A DNA stretch of 64,000 nucleotides. Source: a virus. Of this stretch, positions 47,210-57,018 are shown piece by piece. Numbering within the stretch: position 1 is the stretch's first letter; the number at the start of each line of letters is the position of its first letter. The position numbers and the translations under genes were made by a program. The notes under the pieces were generated by a model, which worked only from the letters and a program-made list of their open reading frames with translations, was not told the origin of the DNA and did no database searches. The stretch is taken from positions 13,848-77,847 of IMG/VR virus record IMGVR_UViG_3300045999_006495. One strand, given 5' to 3'.

Positions 47210-49348
47210 ATGTATCTTAGTCAAGAGTTTTTGAATCGTTACCCAAATAACCCAGAGTGGAACTCACTTCTGGGTCAATTTGTCTATCTTCGTACTTACT
47301 CACGTTGGAACAATGACGAGCATCGTCGTGAGCATTGGAAAGAGACTTGTCAGCGTGTAGTTGAATATAGCATGAGTTTGTATGATGGCCCTGCTACCAA
47401 GCAAGAGCTTGAGGATGAGGCTCAGAACTTGTTTGACAATATGTTTAACTTGAAGTTGTTCACTGCTGGCCGAACCATGTGGATTGGTGGTACTGAAGCG
47501 GCAACTAAGTTTCCGTTGTCAAACTTCAACTGCTCGTTTACAGTAGTTGATGACTACCGCTCTTTCATTGATGCTTTTTATCTGCTTATGCTTGGCACCG
47601 GTGTAGGATTTCGCGTCTTGCCATCAGATGTAGCTAAGCTTAAGGAGATTAAAACCAATGTTGTGGTAGCTCACAAGCCTTATCACCCCAAGCCAAAGAA
47701 TGAGCGTCTTGAAACCACCCATGTCTACAAAGACTCAGGTGGTGTTTACATCATTGTAGGGGACTCAAAGGAGGGCTGGGTTGATGCTCTTCGCATCTAC
47801 TTTGATACTCTAACAAGTGATGAGTTTGTTGAATCTATCATGATTAACTATGACCACGTACGCCCTCAAGGGGAGGCTCTTAAGACTTTTGGTGGTCGTG
47901 CTTCAGGACACACTGCCCTGCGTGATATGTTCAAGCAGATTCACAAGGTTGTTTGCCGAGGTACTACTAAGCTTTCAACTGTTCAGGCCATGGACATTAT
48001 GAATGTTATTGGTTCTTGTGTTGTAGTGGGTGGTGTTCGTCGTTCATCAGAGATTACTCTTTTTGACATTAACGACAAGTCAGTCATGGACGCTAAGGTA
48101 GACCTGTGGTCTGACCCAAGCAAGGCTGAGTTCTACTACCGTGGTATGAGTAACAACTCGGTGTACTTCACGGAGAAGCCCACCAAAGCACAGCTTAAGG
48201 ACATCTTTAACCGAGTTATGAACAATGGTGAGCCGGGCTTTATTAACGCCAAAGCGGCCAGCTTGCGTCGTCCTAACTATGCTGGTACAAACCCCTGTGC
48301 TGAGATTCTCCTTGCACCAAACGGTGTTTGTAACTTGTCAGAGGTTAATGTAGCTTCTTTTGTTAAGTATGACAATAACCTTTACCGCCTTGATGTTGAG
48401 GAGCTTTCAGAAGCTATTCGCTTGGCTACTCGTGTAGGCTTGCGTATGACCAATGTAAATCTGGAGCTTCCTCACTGGGACGAAGTCCAGAAGCGTGACC
48501 GTTTGACTGGTGTTAGTTTGACTGGCTATGTTGAGGCCATGGATGCCCTTGGTGTAGATACATCAAGTGATAGTTCACTTGTTCCCGTAGTTGATGATTT
48601 CTTTGATGTGACTCTTGGTTCATTGTTGCTGACTTTGAACCGTGTAGCTAATCGTGAGGCAATTGCGTATGCATCAGAGATGCGTATTCCAGCTCCTCTT
48701 TTGGTGACCACCGTGAAGCCAAGTGGTACTATTTCACAGCTTCCAACTGTTTCATCAGGAGCACATAGCTCATATGCACCATATTACATTCGTCGTGTTC
48801 GTATTTCTTCATTTGACCCATTGGCTAAGACTATGCTTGCAGTAGGTTACCCTGTCTACCCAGAAGCAACCACAATGCGGCCAGAGGACTTTAGCAAGCT
48901 CAGTAATTTTGAGAAGATGAAAGTTCTTGACACTGCTCAGACTTGGGTGGTTGAGTTCCCAATTAAGACAAGTGCTACTCGCTCAGCTAACACTGAGTCA
49001 GCCTTGGAACAGTTGAAGCGTTACTTTATTCTGCAAGATTGTTGGACCGACCACAACACCTCAATTACTATCACTTTCTCACCAGAGGAAGTTGATGGTT
49101 TGATTGATGCAATTCTTGAGGATTGGGACAGTTATATTGGCGTGTCGTTCTTACCCAAGAATACTACTGCTTACCCATTGATGCCTTATGAGGAGATTAC
49201 TCTTGAGCAGTATGCTAAGCGTAAGAATGAGGTTGAGCACATTAGCTGGCAGAGAATTGTGAGTGAGTTGACCCTCCGTGAGTCAGATTTGAGTGCTGAC
49301 GATGAGTTTGACCCAGACTGTGCTGGGGGGGCTTGTCCAGTTCGCTAA
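47210..49348 (+). CDS. nrdJ: Class II (adenosylcobalamin-dependent) ribonucleotide reductase, monomeric RTPR-type
   Basis: YLRTYSR, NCSF, GGVRRS, NPCAEI, CNLSE, TVKPSGT, C-terminal CAGGACP; no beta subunit gene nearby. Confidence 0.92.
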   Translation: MYLSQEFLNRYPNNPEWNSLLGQFVYLRTYSRWNNDEHRREHWKETCQRVVEYSMSLYDGPATKQELEDEAQNLFDNMFNLKLFTAGRTMWIGGTEAATKFPLSNFNCSFTVVDDYRSFIDAFYLLMLGTGVGFRVLPSDVAKLKEIKTNVVVAHKPYHPKPKNERLETTHVYKDSGGVYIIVGDSKEGWVDALRIYFDTLTSDEFVESIMINYDHVRPQGEALKTFGGRASGHTALRDMFKQIHKVVCRGTTKLSTVQAMDIMNVIGSCVVVGGVRRSSEITLFDINDKSVMDAKVDLWSDPSKAEFYYRGMSNNSVYFTEKPTKAQLKDIFNRVMNNGEPGFINAKAASLRRPNYAGTNPCAEILLAPNGVCNLSEVNVASFVKYDNNLYRLDVEELSEAIRLATRVGLRMTNVNLELPHWDEVQKRDRLTGVSLTGYVEAMDALGVDTSSDSSLVPVVDDFFDVTLGSLLLTLNRVANREAIAYASEMRIPAPLLVTTVKPSGTISQLPTVSSGAHSSYAPYYIRRVRISSFDPLAKTMLAVGYPVYPEATTMRPEDFSKLSNFEKMKVLDTAQTWVVEFPIKTSATRSANTESALEQLKRYFILQDCWTDHNTSITITFSPEEVDGLIDAILEDWDSYIGVSFLPKNTTAYPLMPYEEITLEQYAKRKNEVEHISWQRIVSELTLRESDLSADDEFDPDCAGGACPVR

Positions 49349-49349
49349 C

Positions 49350-49383
49350 TGACACAAAAATAGGGTATATTAGTAGAGAGGTA
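49350..49383 (+). promoter_or_regulatory. Putative phage late promoter/operator, copy B
   Basis: TGACACAAAAATAGGGTATATTAGTAGAGAGGTA upstream of the terminase-portal-lysis operon. Confidence 0.7.
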
Positions 49384-49451
49384 GTTTTATAGGAGTTTTA
49401 CATACCTTAGGGTAGTATACTTCTCTAAAACTACCTCAATTTTTTTATTTT
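49378..49451 (+). terminator. Long hairpin plus U-tract after nrdJ
   Basis: gaggtagtttta (49378-89) pairs with taaaactacctc (49426-37), followed by a T-rich run. Confidence 0.6.
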
Positions 49452-49461
49452 AGGGGCATTT

Positions 49462-50109
49462 ATGGCTAAAAAATCAAGGTTTCAGGAAATATTAGAGGAA
49501 TACAGCCTTAAATATGACTTAGAAACTCTCAACTCACCAAATGACCGAGCAAATCTTGAGATGTTGATAAACAACCAAGTCCTTGTGGAGCGTTTACAGG
49601 CTGAGTTGTTGCAGTTGACTGAGGAGTCTGCTATAGACAATATTGACAGCATTAAAAACATCAGTAATGCTATGCGTGACCTCATTGAAAGAAACTTGCA
49701 GATTGAAAGAGCACTTGCTCTTGACCGCAAGACAAGAAAATCAGAAAACAGTGATAGTATTGCCTCCTACATCACTAACTTAAAAGTTGTGGCGCAAAAT
49801 TTTTTAGAGAAAAGATTAATTAAAGTATATTGTCCAGACTGCAAAGTTCTGGTCGCAAGATTCGCACCCGTAATGGATCACACTGCATTCCATTTTGAGT
49901 GCCAGTGTAGTCAATGCAACAAAAGAATTACTATGACTAGAAAGGCAGCGTCTGAAGGTGTTCTGTTTGACATCAAAGACTACAAGTGGCGCAAGCAATA
50001 CCTCTATGAGGTTGTTCAACCAGACGCAGTTAGAGATAGTCCAGAGCTTGATAGTGAAGAAGAAATGTTTATTATAGAGGAAGATGATGGCTCTACAGAA
50101 AAAGATTGA
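49462..50109 (+). CDS. Probable terminase small subunit (helical + Zn ribbon)
   Basis: Directly upstream of and overlapping TerL; CPDC..CxCxxC. Confidence 0.55.
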   Translation: MAKKSRFQEILEEYSLKYDLETLNSPNDRANLEMLINNQVLVERLQAELLQLTEESAIDNIDSIKNISNAMRDLIERNLQIERALALDRKTRKSENSDSIASYITNLKVVAQNFLEKRLIKVYCPDCKVLVARFAPVMDHTAFHFECQCSQCNKRITMTRKAASEGVLFDIKDYKWRKQYLYEVVQPDAVRDSPELDSEEEMFIIEEDDGSTEKD

Positions 50110-52690
50110 AGAGGCTGAGCTTGCACTCTTAGAGGTTATTGAGGACCCGGTTTGGTTGAGTGAATTCCTGCGCTCAACTAACCAAGGTGACATGAATAAG
50201 AATAACTGGCCCGCAGATGAGTTTAAGCATAGACCATATCAGAAAGAGATTCTGACTGACCAGAATAAACACCTAGTAATAACTGGCGGGCGGTCTATTG
50301 GTAAGTGTCAACCGCCCAGTGCCAGAGTCTACACCACAGAGGGGTACAAGACAATCAGTCAGCTTCTCAGACTCAAGGGGAAGTCATTTATGGCCTATGC
50401 CTATGGGACTGATGGTCAGTTCAGACCCCGTAGAGCCGTGGTGACTAAAGATAAGTGGAAAAAAGTGATGACCCTCACACTTCCTAACGGTATGAAAATT
50501 AGTTGTACGGATAATCATCCGATATTGACGACAGAGGGATTTAAGCTGGCCGGGGATATTAAAATCGGTGATTTGGTCACTGTGACAAACATTTTGCCAT
50601 CAACTCACTGTGTGAACGATAGTTTCTCTTGGTATGAGTTGAGAATGCTTGGGTACTCTGCTTTGAACAGAATTAGACTGGTGGGGTACATGGGAATTAA
50701 ACCCAAGTTTAATCAGATTGCCGAGGAATTAGAGTTAATTGCCAAGGAGACTTACTGTACAGTTAGGAAAGAGGATGGTAAGTATTACTTAGAAAGAATT
50801 CGCACTGGTCAAACTAGACACTACCTCAGGAACTTGTGGCAAGAGATTGGTATGTACTCAGTAGACAAGCGTAGAATTTTGAAGTTGGGGTTCTTGAAGA
50901 AAGAGAAACTTGATAACATCAAGGTTTTCTTAGAGGCTGTGTTCGCTCAGTATGGCACATTATCAAAAGACCATGTTGCCTTAGAGGTATTTAACCTTGA
51001 GTATACTAAGGAATTTCAAGAGTTATTGATGTACTTTGGGGTAAATACCAAAATCACACATACAGAGCGGCGTTTAATTGATAAGTTTAAGTATGAAGTA
51101 GATGACAAGATTTACATACTTGAGACCATTGATAGAGAGAATGCCTATAGGTTCTGGTCTATCTTTAAACTTCCCGGGGTTAAGACTAACTTCCCAGTGG
51201 CTAGTATTGAAGATGTTGAGCTTCTTAGGTGGGAGCCTGTTCAACAAAAGACCCAGAAAAATTATGAAAGCTTAACATATGCAGTATCTGTGTATACAGA
51301 TGAAACATACATATCTGATTATGTCGTGGTGCATAATTCTGTGATTATTGAGGACTTGCTTACCTATCAAATTGTCAACAATGACTTTGAGTTCCCTAAA
51401 ACATCTGAACAGCTTTTGGTGACCCCAAACTCTAGCCAGATGACACCTTTGTTTGACCGACTTGTTTTGAAGTTTACTACCTCAACTCTGTTGAAAGAAT
51501 TCTTGAATAACAATGTGAATAGATCCAAAGGAACTCTAGACTTTAAGTTTGGTAGTAGAAACCACAGATTCTATGCCCGTATTGCTGGTAGTAAAGAATC
51601 TAATAACTTGGTCGGTTTGCACATTCCAAAGATTGCTGGTGATGAGATGCAGTTGTTTCCTATCAGTGCTTTTAATCAACTACAGCCTACCTTGAATAAT
51701 TGGGAGCCTAAAGTTCAAGAAGTATACTGTGGCGTGCCTAATGGTTTAAGAAACTCTGCTTTGTATGAATTGGATATGCGTAGGCCCAAGTATAAAAAGT
51801 ATAGAATACCATCGCCGAATAATCCTTACTTCACTTTAGATGATTGGAATGATGCTCTTAGAAAGTATGGTGGTATTGAGGAAGATATTTTCCAGCAGTT
51901 GGTTTTAGGCCGGCATGGTTCTGCAAGTTTCCAAGTTATTCCCAGAGATGCCTTTTCAATAGAGCCATTTGATTTCTACTCCTATAGATTTGCCAATACT
52001 GACAAACTGAAAGGAAAGAGTTTTGAGGACAATCTAAAATTACATACCCTAAAGGGTTATGATGCTCTTATATTCTCAATAGATACGGGTTTTTCTGACC
52101 CGACAGTGATTCAAGTCATTGGACTAAAGGATGAAAAGTACAGAACTCTGGTTAGATACCGCCTAACTAAAATTGACTACCCAGAGCAAGAGAGAATTAT
52201 TCACTATCTGACTAAGCACTACAACCCTAGTAAAATTGCTATTGATGTTGGTGCTGGTGGTGGTGGTGCTGGGATGTATCAGTCCCTTATTAGTAGAGAA
52301 GAATACGCAACAGGAAAATACAATGAACGAATCATTACTGTTCTTTTTAATGAGCGTGTATCAGTCGGCAGAACCGATGATGACACCGAGCTCTCTGAGG
52401 TATTCCGTTCTTGGGGTTCTAAGGAACTTGCACGCATGGTTACTGAGGGCGTTCTTATTTTTTCAGAGGTTGATGTCGAGGGTTTATCTCAATTAGAGAG
52501 ACTAACAAGACAAAAAAGAATAACTGGTAATGACCATTACTTTATCATGGGTGAGAGAGGTAACGGTGCATCTGATGATGACCACATTTTTGCCTCTTAT
52601 TTGTGTTTTGTATATGCCTTACGGGGTAAGGTACAGACAGTTAGTAGTTTTGGCTTGGGCAAACCATCAGCCAATGTAACATCGAGGTAA
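50084..52690 (+). CDS. terL: Terminase large subunit with intein
   Basis: RPYQ, Walker A GGRSIGK|S split by the intein, Walker B GDEMQ, nuclease IDTGFSDP and DDH. Confidence 0.9.
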   Translation: MMALQKKIEEAELALLEVIEDPVWLSEFLRSTNQGDMNKNNWPADEFKHRPYQKEILTDQNKHLVITGGRSIGKCQPPSARVYTTEGYKTISQLLRLKGKSFMAYAYGTDGQFRPRRAVVTKDKWKKVMTLTLPNGMKISCTDNHPILTTEGFKLAGDIKIGDLVTVTNILPSTHCVNDSFSWYELRMLGYSALNRIRLVGYMGIKPKFNQIAEELELIAKETYCTVRKEDGKYYLERIRTGQTRHYLRNLWQEIGMYSVDKRRILKLGFLKKEKLDNIKVFLEAVFAQYGTLSKDHVALEVFNLEYTKEFQELLMYFGVNTKITHTERRLIDKFKYEVDDKIYILETIDRENAYRFWSIFKLPGVKTNFPVASIEDVELLRWEPVQQKTQKNYESLTYAVSVYTDETYISDYVVVHNSVIIEDLLTYQIVNNDFEFPKTSEQLLVTPNSSQMTPLFDRLVLKFTTSTLLKEFLNNNVNRSKGTLDFKFGSRNHRFYARIAGSKESNNLVGLHIPKIAGDEMQLFPISAFNQLQPTLNNWEPKVQEVYCGVPNGLRNSALYELDMRRPKYKKYRIPSPNNPYFTLDDWNDALRKYGGIEEDIFQQLVLGRHGSASFQVIPRDAFSIEPFDFYSYRFANTDKLKGKSFEDNLKLHTLKGYDALIFSIDTGFSDPTVIQVIGLKDEKYRTLVRYRLTKIDYPEQERIIHYLTKHYNPSKIAIDVGAGGGGAGMYQSLISREEYATGKYNERIITVLFNERVSVGRTDDDTELSEVFRSWGSKELARMVTEGVLIFSEVDVEGLSQLERLTRQKRITGNDHYFIMGERGNGASDDDHIFASYLCFVYALRGKVQTVSSFGLGKPSANVTSR
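50306..51337 (+). mobile_element. Intein (344 aa) with degenerate LAGLIDADG domain
   Basis: Starts Cys75 (CQPPSARV), block B TDNHP, ends VVHN followed by Ser. Confidence 0.92.
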
Positions 52691-52691
52691 T

Positions 52692-54182
52692 ATGAGTAAA
52701 TTAGCAAAGTCAGTATCTGCCTATCAACCATCACCATTTATGGTAAATGGTCAGTTTGTCGCAGGTTATTATGACCCAACAATGCTTCCCTTTGATAACT
52801 CTAAGAAGTACAAGTACCATGAGATTATCAAGTTCTGCCGGTTTTATTACGACAATGATACTATTGTCGGTACTGTGATTGATAGAATGGTTGATATGTC
52901 TATCACAAAACTTAGAAACCGTAAGGACAGGGACAACCCAGAGATGGCTGTTGAGTATTTCAATGCTGTAGCTGAGTATATTCAACCCTATCTTAAATTA
53001 ATTGCCCTTGATTACTTTTTGCATGGTATGGCAATACCAGAGTATAGGTATGAAACTATCATGGGTAACAAGGTAGACCCTACTCTGGGTAGAAAAAGAG
53101 TACAATTCCCCACAAACTTTTGGGTAAGAAATGCTGAGTATATTGAGCTTAGACGCAGACCCTTAGGTACTGAGCGTGCAGTTTTTATTAAGATTCCTGA
53201 TGCTGAGGTCAATTTCATTATGACCAAAGGTATGAGAGATGACGGATCTAGCGACAAAGAGGGTTATCAAGAGTTAGCCAGAGAATACCCTGCTTACATT
53301 AGAGCTATTTTAAGTGGACAAAGAATTTTTCCATTACCAGATGCTAGACCAATCTACAGAAAACTGCGTTCTTATGATGATTACCCTAAGCCGTTCCTGC
53401 AAAATGCTCTGTATGCTCTTCAGCATAAATACTACTTGAAACTTATGGACAGAAGTATAGCCGCAAGAGCCTCAGAACTTCTCAGACACGTCAAGATTGG
53501 TAGTGATACATTTCCAGCTACTGATGATGATATTAAGTCAACTGAGACTGTTTTGGCTAATGCTTCTGTAACTGGTGATAGAGTTTTCAACCTCTTCACT
53601 AACCATACTGTTGAAATTGGGTGGGTAACACCCCCAATGGACGCATTGTTGAATGAGGCTAAGTACATTGAGCCAAATGCTGATATTTTCCTTGCTCTAG
53701 GATTCCCCAGAATTCTTGCAGTAGGTGAAACTATGAGAAGTAATGCAACAGACAACAAGACAGCCTCTCTCGGGCCTATCAGCACTCTTAATGATTTGAG
53801 AGATGCAATTCTGAATTGGGTTGAGTCAACCTATCAAGATTTGGCTGAGAAAAATGGATTTTCTTGGTGGCCTAAGCCATTTTTCAGCCCTATTGCTCTT
53901 CAGGACATCACTGCGCTCACTCAACTTGCAATTCAGGCACAACAAATCGGAGCTATCTCCAAGGACACTATTGCTCAGCTTTACGGAACTACATATGAGG
54001 AAGAGCAGGAAAAAATAGAAACAGAGTATCAAGAGGTTCCACAAGATGATATTAATCAAACCAGAACTACAGAAGAGCAACAACCTACCCCCGGGAGTGG
54101 GCTACAGCCTGAGGAGCCAGAATCTACCGTACAGCAGCCTAGTAGTGCACACAACAAACGGAAGAGTGGGAACAAAGTTTGA
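52692..54182 (+). CDS. Portal protein
   Basis: ~500 aa directly after TerL; ALGFPRIL, ISKDT, YEEE patterns. Confidence 0.8.
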   Translation: MSKLAKSVSAYQPSPFMVNGQFVAGYYDPTMLPFDNSKKYKYHEIIKFCRFYYDNDTIVGTVIDRMVDMSITKLRNRKDRDNPEMAVEYFNAVAEYIQPYLKLIALDYFLHGMAIPEYRYETIMGNKVDPTLGRKRVQFPTNFWVRNAEYIELRRRPLGTERAVFIKIPDAEVNFIMTKGMRDDGSSDKEGYQELAREYPAYIRAILSGQRIFPLPDARPIYRKLRSYDDYPKPFLQNALYALQHKYYLKLMDRSIAARASELLRHVKIGSDTFPATDDDIKSTETVLANASVTGDRVFNLFTNHTVEIGWVTPPMDALLNEAKYIEPNADIFLALGFPRILAVGETMRSNATDNKTASLGPISTLNDLRDAILNWVESTYQDLAEKNGFSWWPKPFFSPIALQDITALTQLAIQAQQIGAISKDTIAQLYGTTYEEEQEKIETEYQEVPQDDINQTRTTEEQQPTPGSGLQPEEPESTVQQPSSAHNKRKSGNKV

Positions 54183-54756
54183 GAATGAAGTTCAGTTTCT
54201 TTTAAACTCACCTAACGTTAGCGCACACTATATAATCAGCAAACAGGGTTTACTCGTACAGATGCTAGACCCTACTAAGTACACAGCTTGGCACGCTGGT
54301 AACGTCTCTAACATTAAGTATTCAAATGCTCAGTCAATTGGTGTAGAGGTACATTATACTCCCGGTGAGGGTGTTTGGACTGGCGAGATGTGGCAAGCCC
54401 TCACTTTCCTAGCAAACATGTACACACAGTTGGAGTTAGTTACTCACAGAGGCATAGCAGTACCTAGAGGTCGTAAAATAGACCCATCAGGTGTGAGTGA
54501 CGGGGAGTTTGCATACTGGAAGTTAAATAAAACTAGACCTAACCACATTGTGACCACAAATGTGCGCTCCAACCTTAGAGAAGCACCAACTACTCAGTCA
54601 AAAATTGTGGCAACAGTACCAGAAAACACTAGTTTGTTCACTTTTAATGACGATGTTATTGATGGTCAAGAAGTGGCGGGTACAAAAAAGTGGCGTAAGG
54701 TTAATTGTGGCGCATTTATTTTAGAAAGTTTAACTTCAGTAAAAGTGGGGAAATAA
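54046..54756 (+). CDS. Endolysin: N-acetylmuramoyl-L-alanine amidase with SH3b-like domain
   Basis: VVHTT, SAHY, AWHAG, SIGVE, THR, KIDP; C-terminal NLREAPT. Confidence 0.9.
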   Translation: MILIKPELQKSNNLPPGVGYSLRSQNLPYSSLVVHTTNGRVGTKFENEVQFLLNSPNVSAHYIISKQGLLVQMLDPTKYTAWHAGNVSNIKYSNAQSIGVEVHYTPGEGVWTGEMWQALTFLANMYTQLELVTHRGIAVPRGRKIDPSGVSDGEFAYWKLNKTRPNHIVTTNVRSNLREAPTTQSKIVATVPENTSLFTFNDDVIDGQEVAGTKKWRKVNCGAFILESLTSVKVGK

Positions 54757-55136
54757 TGTCTGACCAAATTGACAATACTAGTTTAATTGGAATTATCGGT
54801 GGTATTATAACTGGTGTGTTAGGCTCTTTCGTAGCATTTAAAAATAATAAGGCTACATCTGAGTCAAAATTCAGAGATGACCTGCTCTTGCTAATTAAGC
54901 AACATTCTGATAGAATAAGTGTATTGGAGGATGAAAACAAAGAATTGCTCCAAACAAACCAACAATTAGCAAAAGCCAACATTGACGAGCAAAGAAAACA
55001 GCAAGAGATGATGGCTAAAATCACAGAGCTTGAAAGAGAAAAGGCACAGATGGTTGGTCGTATTGAGTATCTTGAGAACAGACTCCGAGAGGTCAATAAC
55101 AATTTAGAGAGGATTTTACATGAGCGAGGACATTAA
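54756..55136 (+). CDS. Membrane-anchored coiled-coil lysis-module protein (start re-called at MSDQ)
   Basis: TAATG coupling; one TM helix followed by a coiled coil. Confidence 0.6.
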   Translation: MSDQIDNTSLIGIIGGIITGVLGSFVAFKNNKATSESKFRDDLLLLIKQHSDRISVLEDENKELLQTNQQLAKANIDEQRKQQEMMAKITELEREKAQMVGRIEYLENRLREVNNNLERILHERGH

Positions 55137-55548
55137 GGCAGTAGAGATGTTATACACTCTACTTACGGGGACAATTATTCCTATTGTGGTTTTGTGGTTG
55201 CAGAGAGTTAGTTGGCCTAGTTATTACAAGTTTGGGCTTGCAGTAGCACTAAGTATTATTGCCGCAACACTGTTAGGTATTGTAAATGGACAATTATCTG
55301 CTATGGAGACTGTAAACAATTTCGTGACTCTATTTACTATTTCACAAACAGTATACTTTACATTCTTTAGAGCACTTAATCTACACGCGTTTCTTTACCC
55401 AGACGATGTATTGACCAACAGAACTAAGGACATTGTAGCCAAGTCTATTGAAATGGCAATCTCACCAGAGCTTGCCAAGGCTATTCTGGATGATGAGAAG
55501 CCAGAGGAGCTTACAGTTAAGATTGATGTAACTGAAGCACAAGGGTAA
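55120..55548 (+). CDS. Putative holin
   Basis: About three hydrophobic segments, in the lysis cassette. Confidence 0.6.
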   Translation: MSEDIKAVEMLYTLLTGTIIPIVVLWLQRVSWPSYYKFGLAVALSIIAATLLGIVNGQLSAMETVNNFVTLFTISQTVYFTFFRALNLHAFLYPDDVLTNRTKDIVAKSIEMAISPELAKAILDDEKPEELTVKIDVTEAQG

Positions 55549-55553
55549 TAGTA

Positions 55554-55584
55554 GCACCCCCTCTGAGAGGGGGTGCACTTTTTT
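55554..55584 (+). terminator. Intrinsic terminator
   Basis: gcaccccctc/gagggggtgc stem plus T-run. Confidence 0.85.
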
Positions 55585-55596
55585 ATTGGAGAAAAT

Positions 55597-56958
55597 ATGA
55601 AATACACATTATTTTTAGGGGACTGTTTAGATAGGCTCAAGTCTATGGAAGATAATTCTGTTCATAGTGTTGTAACAGACCCGCCTTATGGTCTAAGTGA
55701 TTTGTCCTCAGACAAAATTGTACAGACAATGAAAGAGTGGTCTAGTGGAAATCTTTCCTTTATTCCCAAAGGAAAGGGGTTTATGAATAAGGATTGGGAC
55801 TCCTTTGTACCACCGCCAGCTGTTTGGATTGAGGTTTTAAGAGTTTTAAAGCCCGGCGGTCATATTCTCTGTTTTGCTGGTTCTAGAACTATGGACTTGA
55901 TGAGCCTTAGTTTAAGAATTGCTGGTTTTGAAATTAGAGACACAGTTATGTGGCTTTACGGTTCAGGATTCCCGAAATCACACGATGTTAGCAAGGCTTT
56001 AGATAAAGTTGCTGGTGTTGAAAGAGAATTAGTCCCGGCTACGGGTAGTCTGCACAAAAATAGCAACCTAAATGATGATAACTGGTCAAAAATTGGTGAC
56101 TCAGAAGCCACAATGTGGAGTAATAACCCAATTACTGACCTAGCTAAGCAGTGGAATGGCTGGGGGACTGCTCTCAAGCCAGCTGTAGAGCCAATTATTC
56201 TTGCTAGAAAGCCTTTAGAGGGTACTGTTGCAAATAACGTAGCTAATTGGGGGACTGGTGCTTTAAATATTCAAGGCAGTCGAATTGGTTCTGATGTTAT
56301 GCCAGCACTTAAGGCTGGTCAGGCAAGACTGGGTACTTTTGAAAGAGAAGACATGATAACACCAGAGAGAGTTGGTCGCTGGCCAGCTAATCTAATTTTA
56401 GATGAAGAGGCGGCTGAGCTTTTAGATAATCAAAGTGGTCACAGCACTAGCAAAGCCAGCTCAAGCAGGAACGGTAATAATGTACAAGGTGTTACTGGTA
56501 TTATGGCCCCGAGAAGTAAAGACCAAATTAGAGGACATTCAGATTCTGGGGGTGCTTCTAGGTTTTTCTATGTGGCTAAGACTACTGGAAAGGAAAGAGA
56601 AGCCGGACTAGACTCTTTGGAAGAAAAGTTTATTGCTAAAGGAAACCAAGCCCAAGCTGAACTTAAAAGAGGAAATACAGACTTTTCTAGAGATGTAGAT
56701 ACTGCGGGACAAAACAAAGTGTTTGCTAGAAAAAACCATCATCCAACAGTTAAGCCTATTAAGTTGATGACGCACCTGTGCACTTTAGTAACACCAGAAA
56801 ATGGTATTGTCTTAGATCCTTTTATGGGTTCTGGGTCTACTGGAATTGCCGCTGTAACTTCTGGTTTTAATTTTATAGGTATTGAGATGAATGAAGAGTA
56901 TGTAGAGATTGCTAGACTTAGAATTGAGCACCACTCAAACAACAAATTTGACATTTAA
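55597..56958 (+). CDS. DNA N6-adenine/N4-cytosine methyltransferase (beta class)
   Basis: DPPY at the N-terminus, HPTVKP, DPFMGSGSTG at the C-terminus; SD GGAG. Confidence 0.92.
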   Translation: MKYTLFLGDCLDRLKSMEDNSVHSVVTDPPYGLSDLSSDKIVQTMKEWSSGNLSFIPKGKGFMNKDWDSFVPPPAVWIEVLRVLKPGGHILCFAGSRTMDLMSLSLRIAGFEIRDTVMWLYGSGFPKSHDVSKALDKVAGVERELVPATGSLHKNSNLNDDNWSKIGDSEATMWSNNPITDLAKQWNGWGTALKPAVEPIILARKPLEGTVANNVANWGTGALNIQGSRIGSDVMPALKAGQARLGTFEREDMITPERVGRWPANLILDEEAAELLDNQSGHSTSKASSSRNGNNVQGVTGIMAPRSKDQIRGHSDSGGASRFFYVAKTTGKEREAGLDSLEEKFIAKGNQAQAELKRGNTDFSRDVDTAGQNKVFARKNHHPTVKPIKLMTHLCTLVTPENGIVLDPFMGSGSTGIAAVTSGFNFIGIEMNEEYVEIARLRIEHHSNNKFDI

Positions 56959-56976
56959 TTTTAAATACAGTAGACT
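56948..56976 (+). promoter_or_regulatory. Sigma70-type promoter
   Basis: TTGACA-17 bp-TAGACT. Confidence 0.7.
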
Positions 56977-57018
56977 TCTAGTGGTAGTTTACTACCAAGA
57001 AAGAAGAGTAAGTAGGTT

